Positions 16,030 through 20,000 of a stretch of 20,000 nt of DNA are shown here, one piece after another. The position numbers and the translations under genes were made by a program. A model generated the notes under the pieces. The model saw nothing but the letters and a program-made list of their open reading frames with translations, was not told where the DNA came from and did not search any database. How positions within the stretch are numbered: position 1 is the first letter of the stretch; the number at the start of each line of letters is the position of its first letter. Source of the stretch: an uncultured virus (IMG/VR IMGVR_UViG_3300044630_001353) (Duplodnaviria; Heunggongvirae; Uroviricota; Caudoviricetes); the IMG/VR virus record IMGVR_UViG_3300044630_001353; one strand, 5' to 3'.

Positions 16030-16357
16030 CAGTTTAAACACAACCCCAGAGGGAGGCTCAGCAGGTGAGCTACCCGTTAACCAGAAACCGCGTTTAAACA
16101 AACGCGAAGAAATTGCCCAAGACTTTGATGGCGGTTTGCTTTTTTTAAGTGAGCCGGAATACGATGACGCAATCATTGGGGTTGCGCATAGGATTGGTAT
16201 GGAGGATGTCGTGGCGTACGATTCCAACAAGGTCTATGAGGTTATCGGCAAGCTGATTAACACCGAAGATCACATGGAGATATTCGAATACTTTGAGTTC
16301 AACATCTTGGGCGCGTACGTTGGCGAGCGGACACCCGTATTCATTGATGTTGTTTAA
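16019..16357 (+). CDS. conserved hypothetical phage protein
   Basis: YDDAIIGV...VVAYD...EYFEFNILGAYVGERTPVF. Confidence 0.8.
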   Translation: MHSDSLNTTPEGGSAGELPVNQKPRLNKREEIAQDFDGGLLFLSEPEYDDAIIGVAHRIGMEDVVAYDSNKVYEVIGKLINTEDHMEIFEYFEFNILGAYVGERTPVFIDVV

Positions 16358-16432
16358 ACGCTCAGGACATGCAGGACATTAACTCTGCATTATTTACTGA
16401 CGAAAGTGCGTTTAAACGCTCAACACCAAGCC

Positions 16433-16461
16433 AAAAAAAAGGGAGCGTAACGCTCCCTTTT
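16433..16461. terminator. bidirectional intrinsic terminator between convergent operons
   Basis: A8-GGGAGCG-TAA-CGCTCCC-TTTT. Confidence 0.85.
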
Positions 16462-16472
16462 CAATCCTCGTT

Positions 16473-16712
16473 TTAATCGTTAAGTCGTGCTAAGTAAACG
16501 GCTAGGTGCATGACCTTGTTGCGTCCACATAAACGCGGGTATCGGTCGCGGTCAAGTCGGTAGACTGACCACACACCATTGTTGTAGGTGATGTAGCGCT
16601 CTCCGGTCGGTATAAATCGTTCATGGTTGACAAGCTCCAGTAAGTGGTCGTGTTTGTAGGCGGTTTTAAGGAAGTCGGGCGCGTGATGCGTCACGGTTTT
16701 AATCTTGCGCAT
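16473..16712 (-). CDS. hypothetical phage protein (79 aa)
   Basis: TGATG coupling; last gene before the terminator. Confidence 0.7.
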   Translation of the reverse strand: MRKIKTVTHHAPDFLKTAYKHDHLLELVNHERFIPTGERYITYNNGVWSVYRLDRDRYPRLCGRNKVMHLAVYLARLND

Positions 16713-16951
16713 CAGTGCATCTCCTCGCTGGCGGGGTGAAGAAACTTTTCCATTTGATAGGTAAGCTCGACAACCTCCAGCACCTCCTCTTTAGGTATTT
16801 TGTTGGTCACTGCCAGCATCATGGCGGCTTTGAGCAACAGCCCGAGGGTATGCCTACCATCGATGCCGTTGCCCTCTGCCCAGCCCACCAGCCCATCGTA
16901 GGCACCTGAGAGAGCCTCTAGCTCCTCCGGTGAGGGGTTAATTATTCGCAT
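16712..16951 (-). CDS. hypothetical phage protein (79 aa)
   Basis: GGAGG RBS; overlaps neighbours. Confidence 0.7.
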   Translation of the reverse strand: MRIINPSPEELEALSGAYDGLVGWAEGNGIDGRHTLGLLLKAAMMLAVTNKIPKEEVLEVVELTYQMEKFLHPASEEMH

Positions 16952-17190
16952 GCGTCCTCCCGATTCATGTAGCGCACAAGCTCCTGAGCCGCCTCATTAT
17001 CGGCTAGACCCTGCAGTATTTCAAACATCTGCGGGGCGATGGCAATCAGTCGGGCGTTGGCTCGCATAGTCGCAACAGGGGTGTTCTTACTGTAGCAGTC
17101 GGCAACCATAGGTATTCCATAGTCGCCCTCGTAACCCCACACAGTCAGTCTGCTGACAGACCATGGGTAAGTAGTGATGTGTTTAAACAT
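16942..17190 (-). CDS. hypothetical phage protein, ANARLIA.AP family
   Basis: MFKHITTYPW...ANARLIAIAPQM; ATG 17190 after GGAG, TAATG overlap. Confidence 0.75.
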   Translation of the reverse strand: MFKHITTYPWSVSRLTVWGYEGDYGIPMVADCYSKNTPVATMRANARLIAIAPQMFEILQGLADNEAAQELVRYMNREDACE

Positions 17191-17282
17191 TAAGGTCTCC
17201 AGTAAAACAGGTCGAGGATGACCACAATCATCCCGATTAAAAGCAGTGCGCGTTCGAGTTTCTCCCAAGGGGTATGGTTCAT
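17190..17282 (-). CDS. 30-aa membrane peptide (MNHTPWEKLERALLLIGMIVVILDLFYWRP); not in ORF track
   Basis: Manual translation; ATGA and TAATG overlaps with both neighbours; one hydrophobic helix. Confidence 0.7.
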   Translation of the reverse strand: MNHTPWEKLERALLLIGMIVVILDLFYWRP

Positions 17283-17626
17283 GGTAATTGCACCCCCGCC
17301 ATTTTGTTTTCCCACCAATCAGGCTCGTAAGGCTCAGCCTCGGTGATGGTGAATTCGCCATGGTCGGCTACGACAGGCTCACCCTCAGTGTAGAGGCTGA
17401 TGCGCTCATCTGCACCGTCATCGATACCGTCCCACTCACCGTCACAAACTAGGAAGGTCATGGGCTTGTGGTCGTCATTCCAGTAGCCCTTGCAATACCA
17501 CAGTTTGCCCAGCCCCACGGTTTCGTCTACAACGAAATTGATAACCCGAAGTCCGTCAAAGACCTCGACTACCTCGTAGTCCACGCCTGCATCATCCAGC
17601 AGGGTATAAAGTTCATTCGGTTTCAT
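17279..17626 (-). CDS. acidic hypothetical phage protein (115 aa)
   Basis: GGAGG RBS; ATGA coupling. Confidence 0.7.
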   Translation of the reverse strand: MKPNELYTLLDDAGVDYEVVEVFDGLRVINFVVDETVGLGKLWYCKGYWNDDHKPMTFLVCDGEWDGIDDGADERISLYTEGEPVVADHGEFTITEAEPYEPDWWENKMAGVQLP

Positions 17627-17862
17627 TTCACCACCTCCGAGTCAGTTACGTATTGGTCAGTCACCACGATGTCCCAGTCACGGTCGCCCAGCGACAGCAT
17701 GGCTTGGTCGTGTGCGGCATCGAGGCTGGTCGCCTCAACTTCAATCTCAACGTAGCCCTCTACAGCCACGGTGATGATGAATTTTTGGGTGCGGTTTTGC
17801 TCATCGAGCCTGCGCTCGTTAGCAACCCACAGGGCGCTGTTGTGTGCGTCTAGTCCTTGCAT
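17623..17862 (-). CDS. hypothetical phage protein (79 aa)
   Basis: GAGG RBS; IEVEATSLDAAHDQA motif common in small phage proteins. Confidence 0.7.
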   Translation of the reverse strand: MQGLDAHNSALWVANERRLDEQNRTQKFIITVAVEGYVEIEVEATSLDAAHDQAMLSLGDRDWDIVVTDQYVTDSEVVK

Positions 17863-17864
17863 GT

Positions 17865-18059
17865 TTAAACACCTCTTAAGAGTTCGATGGGAATAACCAG
17901 CGACTGCAAAACATCGCCCTGTTTGTTGTGCACGTAGATGTGCAATTCGCTGTTCTCCAATGTTTTATCAATGAAGGCTTCAACGTAGCCGCTGTTTTTG
18001 CCGATGTTGATCACTGCGGACTTGGTGTAGTTGTCCAAGGTATCGACTGATAATTTCAT
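17865..18059 (-). CDS. hypothetical phage protein (64 aa)
   Basis: AAGGAGAG RBS. Confidence 0.7.
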   Translation of the reverse strand: MKLSVDTLDNYTKSAVINIGKNSGYVEAFIDKTLENSELHIYVHNKQGDVLQSLVIPIELLRGV

Positions 18060-18226
18060 GATTTCTCTCCTTTGTTTAAACGTGTTATTTCCAAAACGTT
18101 GTATGCCTCTTGAATGTCAAGGCGTAAGTGCTCGCTCCATGAACCGCTGTCCATGTATCGATCCGCAGAAAGCGCAAGCTCTTGCAGAGCCGCCCTGAGA
18201 TGCACAATCCTTTCAAGGTCAGTCAT
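18056..18226 (-). CDS. hypothetical 56-aa protein (MTDLERIVHLRAALQELALSADRYMDSGSW...); not in ORF track
   Basis: Manual translation; AGGAGAG RBS; ATGA overlap with the downstream gene. Confidence 0.7.
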   Translation of the reverse strand: MTDLERIVHLRAALQELALSADRYMDSGSWSEHLRLDIQEAYNVLEITRLNKGEKS

Positions 18227-18259
18227 TTATTCTCTCCTAGAGTACGGTCATCAATTTAG

Positions 18260-18286
18260 AAAAAGGGGAGGGGTAGACCCCCTCCC
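18260..18286 (-). terminator. intrinsic terminator after the VWA gene
   Basis: Minus strand GGGAGGGG-loop-CCCCTCCC followed by a T5 tract, immediately after the TGA at 18287. Confidence 0.75.
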
Positions 18287-19966
18287 TCATGCGGCAAGCT
18301 TGAGCTTGGTGAATGCAACAGAGCCGAGGTCGGCAACATTGTTGACACGCACGTTGATGGGGTAGACCTCGGACACGTCATGCTTGATGCCGATGCCTAC
18401 CGTTGTGATGCCAAGGGCGGTGCCTGAGCGAGCCTGATCCTTGGTTGCTTTGCGGTTGCCGTCACCGTCCGTCAGCACAAAGGCAACCTTGCGAGCCTCG
18501 GGGCGTCCGCGCAACAACTCATGCGCATAAGCCAAGCCGAAGAAATCGTTGGTGTCACCGCCATTGCCAAGACTACGCAACAGGGGCACCGTCTTTTTGA
18601 CAGGCATGTTGAAGGGCTTGAGCAAACCGCAATTGGAGCCGAAGGTCACAACAGCAGTCGCCACGCCAGCCTTGTTGAGGGTGTCCAGCAGGGCGTATAC
18701 CGCCTGCACCGCGCTCGCCATCAGGGTGTCTTTGTAGTTGTTGGCGCGGAACATCGAGCCGGACACGTCCAGCAAGATCACCACGGCAGAGTCCACGCCC
18801 TCCTCCTCCAGTCTACGTTTAAACAACCGTTCGTTGCCGAGTGCAATTGTGTGCAGGCTGTTGACGTTGAGAGAGCCAGCCTTGCGGTTGACTTGGAACT
18901 GGTCGGTCGCGGTGTTCTCAAACAGGCGCTTGACACCGTAACGCAAGCCAGCAGGCACAACCTCACCGATGGTGAAATGCTCCGAGCCGTGCGACACGTG
19001 GTAATCGTTGCGCTTGAGCGTAGTCGCTGGGTTGTAGGTGCCGCGTGAGCCAGCGCCCTTGGGTGCATTGATGGAGGGTTCCACTTCAATGGCTTCACAT
19101 TGAGCGCCTGTAGCGTCCACAGGGCTTTGCGCGGGGGTAGGTGCGGGGGTAGTAGCACCCTGACCCTGATCGCCTGCTGTAGAGCCTTTTGAGGGGCTTC
19201 CTGAGCCTGTTTGATCGCCCTCGCCAGCACCTTGTTGCTGACCCTGACCTTTGCCTTGACCCTCGCCCTCGCCTTGACCTTGACCTTGACCCTGCCCTTG
19301 ACCCTGCCCTTGCTGTTGCTGGGGTTGTTGAGGCTTCTTAGCCTTGGGCTTTTTGTTGACTTGCTTAAGCTGGTCAAATACCCAGCGGGCAACCTCTAGG
19401 GTGTCCTCGGAATCATTGCACCGTGCCAGCTTGACAGCGGCTTGCTCGAAGATGGGTTCCAAGCCCTGAGCCAGCGGCACCTTGACAGTGCCGTGCTTGC
19501 GCAAGTACACCGCGAGCACAAAGGGGTACGACTGTGGGTTAAAGGGTTGGAAGCGGGTGTCAGCCAGCGCCTCGGTCACGATACCGTCCATGAGCGCGGC
19601 AAGCAAGCCCTCGGCATTGCCTGTCAGCTTTTGGCTGATGGCGTTGTGCTCGATCCACGCGTCCTCGACAGCGTTGTGCAGGCTGTCAATGTACTGGTTT
19701 CCATCATTGACATTGAAGTTTGTGTACTTGCGGTGCAACAACTCATGCAACACAAAGCCAGCGTAGCGCTGGAGGTCAGCGTGGGTCAGGATGGCATCAT
19801 CCTTGACGTTAGCAAGCCTGATGTCACCGTGAGCGTTAATGCAGGCGGTTTGGACGCCAACGTGGAAGGCTACGGTCACCGTGCCAAGACCAAGGTCGGA
19901 CGCGCATTTGTGGCAGAACGCGATGATCGCGTTGCGGAATTCAAAGCCTTTGTATTTTGCTTTCAT
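18287..19966 (-). CDS. CobT-like VWA-domain protein with N-terminal HExxH metallopeptidase-like region
   Basis: GFVLHELLH...NAVEDAWIE; Q/G-rich linker; MIDAS VILLDVSGSM...GGDTND...FVLTDG; GAGGAGG RBS. Confidence 0.85.
   Translation of the reverse strand: MKAKYKGFEFRNAIIAFCHKCASDLGLGTVTVAFHVGVQTACINAHGDIRLANVKDDAILTHADLQRYAGFVLHELLHRKYTNFNVNDGNQYIDSLHNAVEDAWIEHNAISQKLTGNAEGLLAALMDGIVTEALADTRFQPFNPQSYPFVLAVYLRKHGTVKVPLAQGLEPIFEQAAVKLARCNDSEDTLEVARWVFDQLKQVNKKPKAKKPQQPQQQQGQGQGQGQGQGQGEGEGQGKGQGQQQGAGEGDQTGSGSPSKGSTAGDQGQGATTPAPTPAQSPVDATGAQCEAIEVEPSINAPKGAGSRGTYNPATTLKRNDYHVSHGSEHFTIGEVVPAGLRYGVKRLFENTATDQFQVNRKAGSLNVNSLHTIALGNERLFKRRLEEEGVDSAVVILLDVSGSMFRANNYKDTLMASAVQAVYALLDTLNKAGVATAVVTFGSNCGLLKPFNMPVKKTVPLLRSLGNGGDTNDFFGLAYAHELLRGRPEARKVAFVLTDGDGNRKATKDQARSGTALGITTVGIGIKHDVSEVYPINVRVNNVADLGSVAFTKLKLAA
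19232..19320 (-). repeat. coding hexanucleotide-type repeat (QG/EG linker)
   Basis: Degenerate CARGGY units encoding QQQGQGQGQGQGQGQGEGEGQGKGQGQQQ. Confidence 0.85.
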
Positions 19967-20000
19967 GATGCCCTCCTCAGAGCCAAGACTGAATGTCGGT

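Larger units (their letters stand above)
397..18824. repeat. dispersed palindromic octamer GTTTAAAC (27 exact copies)
   Basis: Starts at 397, 1616, 2612, 2681, 3800, 4249, 6172, 6732, 6791, 7362, 8201, 8407, 8679, 10198, 12253, 12296, 14308, 14882, 15236, 16032, 16092, 16352, 16410, 17181, 17863, 18074, 18817 (manual count). Confidence 0.95.

Noticed and set aside
397..18824. GTTTAAAC as a PmeI cloning/adapter artefact or simple codon bias
   Set aside because: Sites sit in frame within intact conserved domains without disrupting them, occur in all three phases and in intergenic DNA, and grade into one-mismatch variants. A formal codon-shuffle test is still needed.
18287..19966. Functional cobalamin biosynthesis gene cobT
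   Set aside because: Only the generic VWA architecture is shared and there are no other cob genes, so no symbol was assigned.

Overview
A 20-kb segment of a tailed dsDNA bacteriophage, probably infecting a proteobacterium (inferred from the alpha-CTD sequence and sigma70-type promoters). (i) 1-5810 (+): the 5'-truncated 3' part of a giant modular polyvalent protein with three ADP-ribosyltransferase-like modules, a ParB-like module and a C-terminal LPD38-like region. (ii) 5788-11623 (-): a tightly coupled operon of small genes (DUF1364-like nuclease, DUF3310, zinc fingers, RNA polymerase alpha-CTD protein, RHH proteins), led by a recombination module (PD-(D/E)XK nuclease, Sak/Rad52-like annealase, SSB-like protein). 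(iii) 11644-12072 (+): a RusA-like resolvase. (iv) 12045-12896: a control region with divergent promoters, tandem repeats, palindromes, a candidate antisense sRNA and about 450 nt of structured RNA. (v) 12897-16357 (+): a replication operon with an HNH protein and a T7 gp4/Twinkle-like primase-helicase, ending at a bidirectional terminator. (vi) 16473-19966 (-): small genes and a CobT-like VWA protein. The strongest unexplained signal is the palindrome GTTTAAAC: 27 exact copies by manual count against roughly 0.3-0.5 expected, occurring in all three codon phases and in non-coding DNA. Protein family calls come from recognised motifs, not database searches.
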